The notes under the pieces: model-generated
Databases searched by the model: none
The model's input: the letters and a program-made list of their open reading frames with translations, nothing else
What the model was told of the DNA's origin: nothing
Shown here: one piece after another, positions 29,588 through 40,797 of the stretch
Position numbering within the stretch: the stretch's first letter is position 1
How the letters are laid out: every line of letters begins with the position of its first letter
DNA from: Macrostomum lignano
Lineage: Eukaryota
Direction of reading: 5' to 3'
NCBI GenBank assembly: GCA_002269645.1
Contig: NIVC01000785.1
Span: forward strand, 124,001 to 188,000
Length of the DNA stretch: 64,000 nt
Program-made: the position numbers and the translations under genes

Positions 29588-29979
29588 ATGCAAGTGGTTA
29601 ACGAATGCAACCAGGTGCTTACTAATGCCGAGGTGTACGAACTCCTTGATGGCATTCGAAAAAGCAAGCGTGCCATTGGACAGCGCAACTCAGCTTTGAA
29701 GAACCTGGCCACCCTGACTCACACGGCTCATAAATTCCTCGCTGAGCAGACGCCTGCCCCTACTCAGACCAGCTCAGCCATTACTGCCTTCCTTACTGAC
29801 ATCCGCCAGTTCAACCTGAGCCGGCAGGAGGCTTGCAGCTGGTGAACCTGTGTCCCCGGTCACCAGTTGAAGTTCACGTCATTGTCGATGATTGCGACCA
29901 GCGACTGACTGACGAGCAGGTGCAGACGCTGCTGGATCTGGTAGCTAAGTGGTTTCCAGATAGCTCCAACTCTACCTGA
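29588..29979 (+). CDS. CRCP: RNA polymerase III subunit RPC9 (CGRP-receptor component), intronless, with an apparent 1-nt deletion frameshift at ~29831
   Basis: Frame 1 MQVVNECNQVLTNAEVYELL...KNLATLT...AFLTDIRQFNLSRQE, then in the -1 frame LQLVNLCPRSPVEVHVIVDDCDQRLTDEQVQTLLDLV...NST*. Matches the RPC9/Rpb4-family pattern LSNxEV, LTxxExLQLxN, ExRLxxEQ. Confidence 0.88.
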
Positions 29980-30149
29980 TTGACTGGCATTTTACTGCAC
30001 TGCTCTGTATTAAATAGCATTTTACTTGCATATCGCATCGGAAATATAGATTTTACAAATATTCAATTGTAATTGAAGTTATTAACTTGTTTATTTCAAA
30101 TTTGATCTATTATTTACATTTATAGCACTCCCTATAGACATGGCTTTAT

Positions 30150-30660
30150 GAATGACCCCATAAAGGACTCTGCTGATCGGGAATGACCCCATAAAGGACT
30201 CTGCTGATCGGGAATGGCCCCATAAAGGACTCTGCTGATCGGGAATGACCCCATAAAGGACTCTGCTGATCGGGAATGACCCCATAAAGGACTCTGCTGA
30301 TCGGGAATGACCCCATAAAGGACTCTGCTGATCGGGAATGACCCCATAAAGGACTCTGCTGATCGGGAATGACCCCATAAAGGACTCTGCTGATCGGGAA
30401 TGACCCCATAAAGGACTCTGCTGATCGGGAATGGCCCCATAAAGGACTCTGCTGATCGGGAATGACCCCATAAAGGACTCTGCTGATCGGGAATGACCCC
30501 ATAAAGGACTCTGCTGATCGGGAATGGCCCCATAAAGGACTCTGCTGATCGGGAATGACCCCATAAAGGACTTTGCTGATCGGGAATGGCCCCATAAAGG
30601 ACTATCCTGATCGGGAATGGCCCCATAAAGGACTATCCTGATCGGGAGTGACCTCATAAG
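30150..30660. repeat. 31-bp minisatellite between CRCP and Roadblock
   Basis: Unit ATGACCCCATAAAGGACTCTGCTGATCGGGA, ~16 copies, no spacers. Confidence 0.95.
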
Positions 30661-30755
30661 TGACTCTCCTGATGTGAATAGATTGCTGAAATTCACAGCG
30701 GTGACAAGATGTGATTAGCAGCCGTTACGCCTCCGCATTTTCAGCGGCAGTTGCC

Positions 30756-31109
30756 ATGGACGTAGAGGAAACTTTCCGCCGGCTTCAGTCGCACAAAAGC
30801 GTCATTGGGGTGCTGGTGGTCAGCCAAGATGGCGTCCCGATCCGCAGTTCATTCCCAGATCGGGACCAGACTCAGCGCTACTGCTCCATGGCCCAGCAGC
30901 TGGCTCAGGGCGCCCGAGCTACCCTGGCCGCCTGCGACTCGCCACTGATTGGCGACAGCGGGGCCGGCAGCATCGGCAGCGAGCTCGTGTTTCTGCGACT
31001 GCGTACGAAACGCGGCGAACTGCTTGTGGCGCCTGATCGGGACTTCCTGCTAGCCGTGCTGCAGGAACCGGCCAGCAGTGGTGACATTGGGTCCGGTCTG
31101 GCCGCTTGA
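30756..31109 (+). CDS. DYNLRB: Dynein light chain Roadblock/LC7, intronless, 117 aa
   Basis: MDVEETFRRLQSHKSVIGVLVVSQDGVPIRS...ELVFLRLRTKRGELLVAPDRDFLLAVLQEP; matches the DYNLRB consensus (EVEETLKRLQS, GIPI, FLRIRSK..EIMVAPDKDY). TTTTCAG acceptor ends at 30744. Confidence 0.93.
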   Translation: MDVEETFRRLQSHKSVIGVLVVSQDGVPIRSSFPDRDQTQRYCSMAQQLAQGARATLAACDSPLIGDSGAGSIGSELVFLRLRTKRGELLVAPDRDFLLAVLQEPASSGDIGSGLAA

Positions 31110-31189
31110 TGCGTTGGCTGAGTTGGTTGTGGCGCGTCTCTCATCTGACTTAACCTAATGTTAGAGTTCTCTTGTGTTTGTCTCTAAAA

Positions 31190-31800
31190 ATAGCGCTTCT
31201 CAAATTAAAAAAATAGCGCATCTCAAATCTAAAAAGTGGCGCGTCTTCTCAAATCTAAAAAATGGCGCGTCTTCTCAAATCTAGAAAAGTGGCGCGTCTT
31301 CTCAAATCTGAAAAAGTGGCGCGTCTTCTCAAATCTAAAAAGTGGCGCGTCTCAAATAAAAAAAGTGGCGCGTCTTCTCAAATCTAAAAAGTGGCGCGTC
31401 TTCTCAAATCTGAAAAAGTGGCGCGTCTTCTCTAATCTAGAAAAGTGGCGCGTCTTCTCAAATCTGAAAAAGTAGCGCGTCTTCTCAAATCTGAAAAAGT
31501 GGCGCGTCTTCTCTAATCTGAAAAAGTGGCGCGTCTTCTCAAATCTGAAAAAGTGGCGCGTCTTCTCAAATCTGAAAAAGTGGCGCGTCTTCTCAAATCT
31601 GAAAAAGTGGCGCGTCTTCTCAAATCTGAAAAAGTGGCGCGTCTTCTCAAATCTAAAAAAGTGGCGCGTCTTCTCAAATCTGAAAAAGTGGCGCGTCTTC
31701 TCAAATCTAAAAAAGTGGCGCGTCTTCTCAAATCTAAAAAAGTGGCGCGTCTTTTCAAATCTGAAAATGTGGCGCGCCTTCTCAAATCTGAAAAGTGGCA
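31190..31800. repeat. 27-bp minisatellite
   Basis: Unit AAAAGTGGCGCGTCTTCTCAAATCTGA. Confidence 0.95.
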
Positions 31801-32261
31801 CAGTTATTCATATTAAATACTATGTCATCTTTTATTGAGGCTGAATCTCAGCGATAATTGTGCAATCACACTGATTTATTATGTTTTACACTCGATTTTC
31901 TACATGTATGATTTGTTATATCAATGTTTTATCGGAGTAGGTACTAAAAAGTCAGTCTTCCCTATAACGGCGCTTGTGCCTTCATTTTGTGCGCGGTAAT
32001 ATTGTTAGATACTTGCATATCAAAGGTTTCTGTTTGTCAGAATTGTTTGGTGTTCAGCTTTTTTGATGACTAAAATATTGTCTTTTCGTTTCTTTTTAAA
32101 TTTATACACGACTTTAGCTTTTCAAATTGTAACTTTGGTCACAACTATGAATACATTTTTAGTGGTGTATGAATGAATGTATGAAAAGTTTTTTAGTGGT
32201 TTCTTCAGTTCGAATGCACAAGCTTCATAAGTGCCATAAGAATATATGAAGTATCATAAGG

Positions 32262-33167
32262 TTCACTGAAGGATCATATAGGGTTCACTGAATGATCATA
32301 GGGCTCACTGAAGGATCATAGGGCTCACTGAAGGATCATATAGGGTTCACTGAAGGATCATATAGGGCTCACTGAAGGATCATAGGGCTCACTGAAGGAT
32401 CATAGGGCTCACTGAAGGATCATATAGGGCTCACTGAAGGATCATAGGGCTCACTGAAGGATCATAGGGCTCACTGAAGGATCATAGGGCTCACTGAAGG
32501 ATCATAGGGCTCACTGAGGGATCATATAGGGTTCACTGAAAGATCATAGGGCTCACTGAAGGATCATAGGGCTCACTGAGGGATCATAGGGCTCACTGAG
32601 GGATCATAGGGCTCACTGAAGGATCATATAGGGTTCACTGAAGGATCATATAGGGTTCACTGAAGGATCATAGGGCTCACTGAAGGATCATAGGGCTCAC
32701 TGAAGGATCATATAGGGCTCACTGAAGGATCATAGGGCTCACTGAAGGATCATAGGGCTCACTGAAGGATCATAGGGCTCACTGAAGGATCATAGGGCTC
32801 ACTGAAGGATCATATAGGGCTCACTGAAGGATCATAGGGCTCACTGAAGGATCATAGGGCTCACTGAAGGATCATAGGGCTCACTGAAGGATCATATAGG
32901 GTTCACTGAAGGATCATAGGGCTCACTGAAGGATCATATAGGGTTCACTGAAGGATCATAGGGCTCACTAAAGGATCATATAGGGTTCACTGAAGGATCA
33001 TAGGGCTCACTGAAGGATCATAGGGCTCACTGAAGGATCATATAGGGCTCACTGAAGGATCATAGGGCTCACTGAAGGATCATAGGGCTCACTGAAGGAT
33101 CATAGGGCTCACTGAAGGATCATATAGGGTTCACTGAAGGATCATAGGGTTCACTAAAGGATCATAT
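32262..33167. repeat. 20/22-bp minisatellite
   Basis: Unit AGGGCTCACTGAAGGATCAT(AT), ~43 copies. Confidence 0.95.
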
Positions 33168-33589
33168 AAAAGAGGGCTTACAAAAGTTAGTTTGCTCCAA
33201 TTTTGCTCAATAATAATTCTTTAAAAGATGTCTACCTGCATGACGGGGACCACCTGTGAATTTTCGAACCCACAAAAAATTTACCTAAATCCAGTTGCTT
33301 TCTCCTGCTTGTTCTTATTGTTGTCACAAAACGTTTTACACGGTGTTAAGTATTATTTATCATTTAATTATAAATATATTGCAATAAGCAGACTGGTACA
33401 ACTATTCATGTTTATTTCACTCAACTTTATTCAAGAAACCATTTTATTTGGTTTGATTAAAATGGCAAATTTCTAGTTAATCGCAATTTAATTGAGCGTT
33501 CTGCATTTTTCTTTTTATTGAAATTTATTTCTAGACACAAAGTCCACACGATTGCACTAAAAGTACAGTTTACGAGCAGTACACGCGCG

Positions 33590-36500
33590 TCATTGCAACA
33601 GACTGCCAATCAGCGTTAGCGAATCGGCGCATTCCGAGCGCAGAAAGTGCAGTTCCATGGCGTCCTTGGGCTGAAAGTTGAATTGGGATGAGGATTATGA
33701 TGCACAGTAATGCACAAAGAGCTTGCCAGCATAGACTATGGGAATCACTTTTTACGTAGATGGGATCGATAATATGAAAAGATATTATAATCGCCTGAGA
33801 AAATAGGTCGGGAATTTCCCTATAAATAGATCAGGAATCGCCCTCTAAAAATAGACCCGGAATTACCTCTAAAAATAGATCGAGAATCGCCCTCTAAAAA
33901 TAGACCCGGAATCACCCAGTAAAAAGATCCGCACTGCTCCTCTAAAAATAGACCCGGAATCGCCCTCTAAAAAGATCCGCACTGCTCCTCTAAAAATAGA
34001 CCCGAAATCACCTCTAAAAATAGATCGGGAATTGCCCTTGAAAGTAGATTAAGAATCGCCATCGAAAAGTACATGTAGACCCAAAATCGCGCGATAAAAC
34101 TCAGACCCGGAATTTTCCACTAAAATTTGATCGGGAATCACCCTCTAAAAAGATCCACAATCCAATATACTAAAAATGAAAATCTTGCTTGCTTGTAATC
34201 GATTAGAGAAAAAATGGCTTAACCGATTTTCATGAGACTTGCACTGTTCGATCAGAAATTTTCCCGTGACTGTACATGCATTGTGGCTAAGAAATTTCTC
34301 GATGCTAAAGGCATTAAATATTCGAAAAACATGCTTTTTCGCAAAGGTCAAGCAAACTTTTCGACTTGAAATGCATTGTAAGAATGCTAGAGAAAAAACT
34401 GACTGGTTGAATTCTGATTCTGAAATAGATTGCATCATAACTGAATTGTAACTCCGACTTGAATTGCGTCACAGTATTGAAAATGCAGTGTGGAAGCGTA
34501 GCACCAGACTTGATTTAGATTGCGTAACCATATCCTCAACTTTAATTGAGACTGATACTGACTTGCCTGGGAAATTGATTATGTCATAACTGATTCGTGA
34601 GTGAGTGTTGAATTATATAAGTGCTACAATTTAATTTATAAATTCGATAATAGCTAGCCTAGAAGTGAACAGACTGGACTGCAAATGCAGCGACCTGGGT
34701 TCGAATCTAAGTAGTGAAAAGTTTTTTATTAAAACCTTTTATTAAAGGACAAATAAAGGACAAAAGGCGTCAGGTAAAAAAGCATAGAAGCGTCATGTAA
34801 AAAATCATAGAAGCGTCATGTAAACAATCATAGAAGCGTCATGTAAACAATCATGAAAGCGTCATGAAAAAATCATAGAAGCGTCATGTAAAAAATCAAA
34901 GAAGCGTCATGTAAAAAATCATGAAAGCGTCATGAAAAAATCATAGAAGCGTCATGAAAAAATCATGGAAGCGTCATGTAAAAAATCATAGAAGCGCCAT
35001 GTAAAAAATCATAGAAGCGTCATGTAAAAAATCATAGAAGCGTCATGTAAAAATCAAAGAAGCGTCATGTAAAAAATCATAGAAGCGTCATGTAAACAAT
35101 CATAGAAGCGTCATGTAAACAATCATGAAAGCGTCATATAAACAATCATAGAAGCGTCATGAAAAAATCATGAAAGCGTCATGAAAAAATCATAGAAGCG
35201 TCATGTAAAAAATCAAAGAAGCGTCATATAAAAAATCATAGAAGCGTCATGTAAAAAATCATAGAAGCGTCATGTAAACAATCTTGAAAGCGTCATGTAA
35301 AAAATCATAGAAGCGCCATGTAAAAAATCATAGAAGCGTCATGTAAAAAAGCATAGAAGCGTCATGTAAAAAATCATAGAAGCGTCATGTAAAAAATTCA
35401 TAGAAGCGTCATGTAAACAATCATGAAAGCGTCATAAAGAAATCATAGAAGCGTCATGCAAAATTATAGAAGCGTCATGTAAAAAATCATAGAAGCGTCA
35501 TGTAAAATATCATAGAAGCGTAATGTAAAAAATCATGAAAGCGTCATGAAAAAATCATAGAAGCGTCATGTAAAATATCATAGAAGCGTCATGTAAAAAA
35601 TCATAGAAGCGTCATGTAAAAAATCATAGAAGCGTCATGTAAACAATCATAGAAGCGTCATGTAAAAATCATAGAAGCGCCATGTAAAAAATCATAGAAG
35701 CGTCACGTAAGCAATCATAGAAGCGTCATATAAAAAATCATAGAAGCTTCATGTAAAAAATCATAGAAGCGTCATGTAAAAAAATCATACTGACATCAAA
35801 AATCAAGTGACAAAAAAAATGTCAGACATGAAAGAAGTGTCATGTAAAAATTAAATGAAGCTATTGTGCTGTGCTGGGGAGACTTACTGTGCTAGATGTC
35901 AAGGCTTACGGAGAAAAACTGAGATTACAGGGGGGGGGGTTTCTGAGATGTCAAAGCAAAAGTCAGAAGCTACTTCAAAGTACATGTACTTTACTCAATT
36001 TTTTTATTACATTCTTTGTTGGCTCGCCACGGGGGGGGCGCTGATAGAAGAAGAGTCATGTAAAAAAGAAAAGAAGCACTATGTATACATAAAAGAAGAG
36101 TCATGTCGAAGTTAAAAGATTCATTTGGGAATTGCTACGATGTCAAGGCTTGGAGGGAATCGCTATAGTGCTGTGATTCTTGAAGAAGGAATCACTAAAT
36201 TTTCAAGGCTTAGGGGAGAAGAATTGCTGAGATTTCAAGGCTTTAGGTTGGGTTAAAGTTAGGTTTAGGTCAGGTGTGGGTTGAGGGTTATATTTTATCG
36301 GGTTTCAAGGTTAACAGGGGATTTTTCAGATATCAAGGTTTATGGGGGGCATTGCTGACATGTCAAGGCTCATGGGGGAATAAATGAGATTTCAAGGCTA
36401 AAGTCAGAAGCTACATGTAGTCCATTGAAAACTTTTTTTCTTTATTTGTTGGCTCCTCACGGGAGGGATCGCTGATAGAAAAAGCGTAATGTAAAAAATA

Positions 36501-39500
36501 AAAGAAGCTTCATGTCGAAGTTAAGAGATTCATTTGGGAATCCCTACGATGTTGAGGCTTGCAAGGAATCGCTTTAATGCTGTAGTAGTGCTATAATGAC
36601 TGTTAAAGAGAATTACTGAAATGTCAATGCTTTAGGGTTAGGGTTAGGGTTAGGGTTAGGGTTAGGGTTAGGGCTAGGGTTAGGCTAGGGCTAGGGTTAG
36701 AAGGTTGACAGATTTTTTAAGATTGCAAGGCTTATGGGGCATTGCTGAGATGTCAAGGGGGTTGATATGCTAAGGCTTGTGGGGGGATTTTCTGACATGT
36801 CAAGGCTTACAAGGTATAATGCAAAGAGACGCTTACATGTAGTTTATTAAAAAAAACTTGTACTGCATTTTTTTGGCTCCCCAACGGGGGGCGCTGATTG
36901 CTAGTGCTCCTCTAAAAATAGACCCGGAATTACTTCTAAAAATAGATCGAGAATCGCCCTCTAAAAAAAGACCCGGAATCGCCCACTAAAAGATCCGCAC
37001 TGCTCCTCTAAAAATAGACCCGGAATCGCCCTCTAAAAAGATCCGCACTGCTCTAAAAATAGACCCGAAATTACCTCTAAAAATAGGTCGGGAATTGCCC
37101 TTAAAAGTAGATTAAGAATCGCCATCGAAAAGTACATGTAGACCCAAAATCGCGCGATAAAACTCAGACCCGGAATTTTCCACTAAAATTTGATCGGGAA
37201 TCACCCTCTAATTTAAAAATAGATCAGGAATCGCCTTCTAAGAACCGCTCGTGAATCAGTAGAGTTGCACTCACAATGCCAGCGAAATTCCACACTTCCA
37301 TCAGCCTGTCCCGACAGGCTACGGACTCGAAGAACTCGCCGCAGACGATCACCCGGGGCACTCCGTACGCGGAGGCGGCGTGGACCAGCGTGTCAAAGAA
37401 GGTCTTGATGAAGGCGTAGCTCAGTGATGCGGCAATGTCAGAATAGCTGGGCTTCAGCTCCTCTGGTGTTTTCGATGAAAACGAATAAGTATCTCATTGT
37501 ACTTTTACCAACCGAGTGTCACTATTGGCTAAAGTATTTCTCAGTGTACTTTTAGCAACAAAGCCTGTCATTATTGGCTAGAGTATTTCTCAGTGTACAT
37601 TTAGCAACAGAGCCTGTCACTATTGGCTAAAGTATTTCTCGGTGTACATTTAGCAACAGAGCCTGTCACTATTGGCTCAAGTATTTCCCTGTGTACTTTT
37701 AGCAACAGAGCCCGTCACTATTGGCTAAAGTATTTCCCTGTAAACTTTTAGCAACAGAGCCTGTCACTATTGGCTAAAGTATTTCCTAGTTGTACTTTTA
37801 GCAACTGCGCTCGCGTCACCATGGCCGCCTCACCCATCGAACGCAGATCGTGCAGCTTGCCCAGCGTGAAGACGGCAGCGCCCAGGTCGTACTGCCCATA
37901 GGCGGACTCGGCCGGCAGGAGGTCGCCAATAGTCAGGTCCAGCTTGGCAAGGCTGCCTTCGGCCGCAGAAGCCAGGAATTCGGCCAGGCCGCCATTATCG
38001 CTATGAGGCGGAGGAGGCGATGCGGAGGCGCTCAGGCGTGCCAGGCCGAGCAGATTGCGGTAGCCTAGGATTGGCTCAGTCAACAGGCGGCGGCAGAACG
38101 GCTCCTTGTTGGCTCCCAAGCCGATCTGCGGTGAATGGTCTGTCTGTCACTTCTTTACTGTGAATGGTCTGTCTGTCACTTCTTTACTGTGAATGGTCTG
38201 TCTGTCACTTCTTTACTGTGAATGGTCTGTCTGTCACTTCTTTACTGTGAATGGTCTGTCTGTCACTTTTTTTACTGTGAATGGTCTGTCTGTCACTTCT
38301 TTACTGTGAATGGTCTGTCACTTTTTTACTGTGAATGGTCTGTCACTTTTTTTACTGTGAATGGTCTGTCACTTTTTTTACTGTGAATGGTCTGTCTGTC
38401 ACTTCTTTACTGTGAATGGTCTGCCTGTCACTTCTTTACTGTGAATGGTCTGTCACTTTTTTTACTGTGAATGGTCTGTCACTTTTTTTTACTGTGAATG
38501 GTCTGTCTGTCACTTTTTTACTGTGAATGCTCTGTCTGTCACTTCTTTACTGTGAATGGTCTGTCTGTCACTTCTTTACTGTGAATGGTCTGTCTGTCAC
38601 TTCTTTACTGTGAATGGTCTGTCACTTTTTTACCGTGAATGGTCTGTCACTTTTTTTACTGTGAATGGTCTGTCACTTTTTTTACTGTGAATGGTCTGCC
38701 TGTCACTTCTTTACTGTGAATGGTCTGTCACTTTTTTTACTGTGAATGGTCTGTCTGTCACTTCTTTACTGTGAATGGTCTGTCACTTTTTTTACTGTGA
38801 ATGGTCTGTCACTTCTTTACTGTGAATGGTCTGTCTGTCACTTTTTTACTGTGAATGGTCTGTCACTTTTTTTACTGTGAATGGTCTGTCACTTCTTTAC
38901 TGTGAATGGTCTGTCACTTATTTACTGTGAGTGGTCTGTCACTTATTTACTGTGAGTGGTCTGTCACTTATTTACTGTGAGTGGTCTGTCACTTATTTAC
39001 TGTGAGTAGTCTGTCACACCTTGTCGACAGTCAGCTCTCGGGGGCCCATCTCTGCCACTATCGCCGGGCCACGAGCCGCGCCGCCAGCCTTCAATGCTGC
39101 ACTGTCCTCCTCGTCGTTGTGACGTCGCATCCGACGCGCTAGACGCTCGTTGATGAGACGCCACGATGGCGAGTGGGTCACCAGCTGGGAGCAGTGCGGC
39201 GGCTTCGGATGCCACAGAGGCCCAACGGGAGCCCGCAGATCGTCCAGGCCTGACAGCCAGCAGAGCGACAGACCCCACAGGTGGCAGAGCCTCGGGTCGG
39301 GCCGGGACAGCCTGTCACCAGGGGGGGGGGGGTGAATCGAAGCAATCAGCAGGGATTATAAAAGGGTACCGACGGGATACAATACTGATAACAATAATTA
39401 CAGGGCTGCTAATACTGTACGCAGGTAGGGCGCCTACTCAAATGAAATGGCGCCTTCTTCAATAAAATGGCGCCTTCTTCAATAAAATGGCGCCTTCTTC

Positions 39501-40614
39501 AACAAAATGGCGCCTTCTTCGATAAAATGGCGCCTTCTTCAACAAAATGGCACGCCTTCTTCAATAAAATGGCGCATTCTTCAATAAAATGGCGCCTTCT
39601 TCAATAAAATGGCGCCTTCTTCAATAAAATAGCGCCTTCTTCAATAAAATGGCGCCTTCTTCAATAAAATGCCGCCTTCTTCAATAAAATGGCGCCTTCT
39701 TCAACAAAATGGCGCCTTCTTTAACAAAATGGCACACCTTCTTCAACAAAATGGCACACCTTCTTCACCAAAATGGCACACCTTCAAGAAAATGGCACGC
39801 CTTCTCAAATGAAACGGCGCCTCCTCGAATGGAATGGCGCTTACTAGAATGAAATGGCGCCTACTCAAATGAAATGGCGCTCACTCCAATGCAATGGCGC
39901 CTACTCAAATAGCGCCAACTCAAATCAAACGTCGCCTTCGAATGAAATGGCGCCTACTCAAATGAAATGGCGCCTACTCAAATTAAAAGGCGCCTACTCA
40001 AATAAAATGCCGCCTCCGAATGGAATGGCGCCTACTCAAATGAAATGGCACCTTCTTAAATAAAATGGCGATTTCTCGAATCAAATGGCGCCAACTTAAA
40101 AGAAATGGCGCCTACTCAACTAAGATGGCGCGCCTTCTCCAATAAAATGGTCCCTACTCAAATCAAATGAGTCTTCTCAAATGAAATGGCGCCTACTCCA
40201 ATGAAATGGCGCCTTGCCAAATAATATTCTGACAAAGCTCGTGCCGAGCGCATTTTAAGGCCCAGAAAGCGTCAGATTTGAAATTGCTCACCCAATGTCC
40301 TTGCCAGCTAGAGCCTGCTCTAGCGCCTGCTCAACTCCAGAATCTCCTTCGCCAGCATCAGCACCTTGTCGGCGTTTCATCAAGATTGCTAGTTTGTTAC
40401 AATCGGCTGGCAACAGCTTAGCAACCGTTGCTAAGGCAGAATCGTCGCTCAACCTCACCATAGCAACGGTTGCTAGGCCTCCGGTTTCTACCGGTATGGC
40501 TACAAGACGAGCGAACTGTTCGATTTGAAGTGAAGAATCAACAATAACAGCGGCAGAGTTTGGCTTCAGCCTGGAGGCGACAAGTTCAATTCTAAGTTGC
40601 AGTTTGAGCTCCAT
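33590..40614 (-). CDS. Type II pantothenate-kinase-fold protein, predicted catalytically dead, ~391 aa
   Basis: Exons 40614-40292, 39311-39020, 38125-37834, 37462-37275, 33670-33590; GT-AG and phase-consistent (1176 nt, no internal stop). Collinear by eye with PANK: LAEFLASAAEGSLAKLDLTIGDL (FDEALELASKGDSTQADKLVRDI), AVFTLGKL (VASSFGNM), YSDIAASL (KEDLARAT), PRVIVCGEFF (NRVVFVGNFL), LHFLRSE...LIGSLL (ALFLEHEGYFGAVGALL). Confidence 0.82.
33800..34160. repeat. Degenerate short-unit repeat, left copy of a ~305-bp higher-order unit
   Basis: CTCTAAAAATAGACCCGGAATCGCC-type units; 33842-34148 is nearly identical to 36908-37211. Confidence 0.85.
34780..35785. repeat. 22-23 bp satellite inside Helitron copy 1
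   Basis: Unit ~AAAAATCATAGAAGCGTCATGTA. Confidence 0.95.
36632..36700 (+). repeat. Interstitial telomeric repeat (TTAGGG)n
   Basis: 7 perfect TTAGGG followed by CTAGGG/TTAGG variants. Confidence 0.95.
36905..37240. repeat. Right copy of the ~305-bp higher-order unit
   Basis: Near-identical to 33842-34148. Confidence 0.85.
37500..37800. repeat. 49-bp minisatellite in a PanK-like intron
   Basis: Unit TTTTAGCAACAGAGCCTGTCACTATTGGCTAAAGTATTTCTCAGTGTAC, ~6 copies. Confidence 0.92.
38130..39015. repeat. 25/29-bp minisatellite forming essentially the entire intron 38126-39019
   Basis: Unit GTGAATGGTCTGT(CTGT)CACTTCTTTACT. Confidence 0.95.
39428..40215. repeat. 20-bp degenerate minisatellite
   Basis: Unit AAATGGCGCCTTCTTCAATA grading into AAATGGCGCCTACTCAAATG. 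Confidence 0.9.
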
Positions 40615-40797
40615 GCGCAATGAATTGTTGTGTTTCTGAAAACATGCCCACAGCTGTTAGTTAAATGCGAGGGGCTTAGATAACAGCCCGCTTATCGAGA
40701 TCGGTGCTCACTGCTTAATGAGCTGCACTGCACAGGTAAATATGGCGCCAATTCCATAAAAAACTAAGAGCTTTCCACTACTCAGACTTAACACCCT

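Larger units (their letters stand above)
34161..36904 (+). mobile_element. Non-autonomous Helitron with internal satellite and telomeric repeats (copy 1)
   Basis: 5' A|TCCAATATACTAAAAATG; 3' GC hairpin GCTCCCC-AAC-GGGGGGC (36876-36892), 8 nt, CTAG|T; no TSD. Internal 22-23 bp array at 34780-35785 and (TTAGGG)n at 36632-36700. Sits in the last intron of the PanK-like gene. Confidence 0.85.

Noticed and set aside
29820-29845. Programmed -1 ribosomal frameshift in CRCP
   Set aside because: No X-XXY-YYZ slippery heptamer is present; an indel error or a dead allele is simpler.
30150-30660. CRISPR-like array (31-bp repeats; also the 23-, 27-, 48- and 49-bp arrays)
   Set aside because: Units are head-to-tail with no unique spacers, no cas genes are present, and the context is eukaryotic.
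34145-34451. Duplicated ORFs (34145-34451 and 57265-57529) as Helitron Rep/helicase
   Set aside because: They are short, overlap on both strands, and lack HUH or helicase motifs; they recur only because the element is duplicated.
36632-36700. True telomere or chromosome-fusion site
   Set aside because: The runs are short and sit at the same position in each copy of dispersed elements.
33842-37211. ~305-bp direct repeats flanking Helitron copy 1 read as LTRs or a giant TSD
   Set aside because: Joining the flanks (AAAAGATCCACAA|TGCTCCTCTAAAAATA) recreates a junction already found inside the repeat, so the Helitron inserted at A|T in a pre-existing tandem duplication. No TG...CA ends or PBS.
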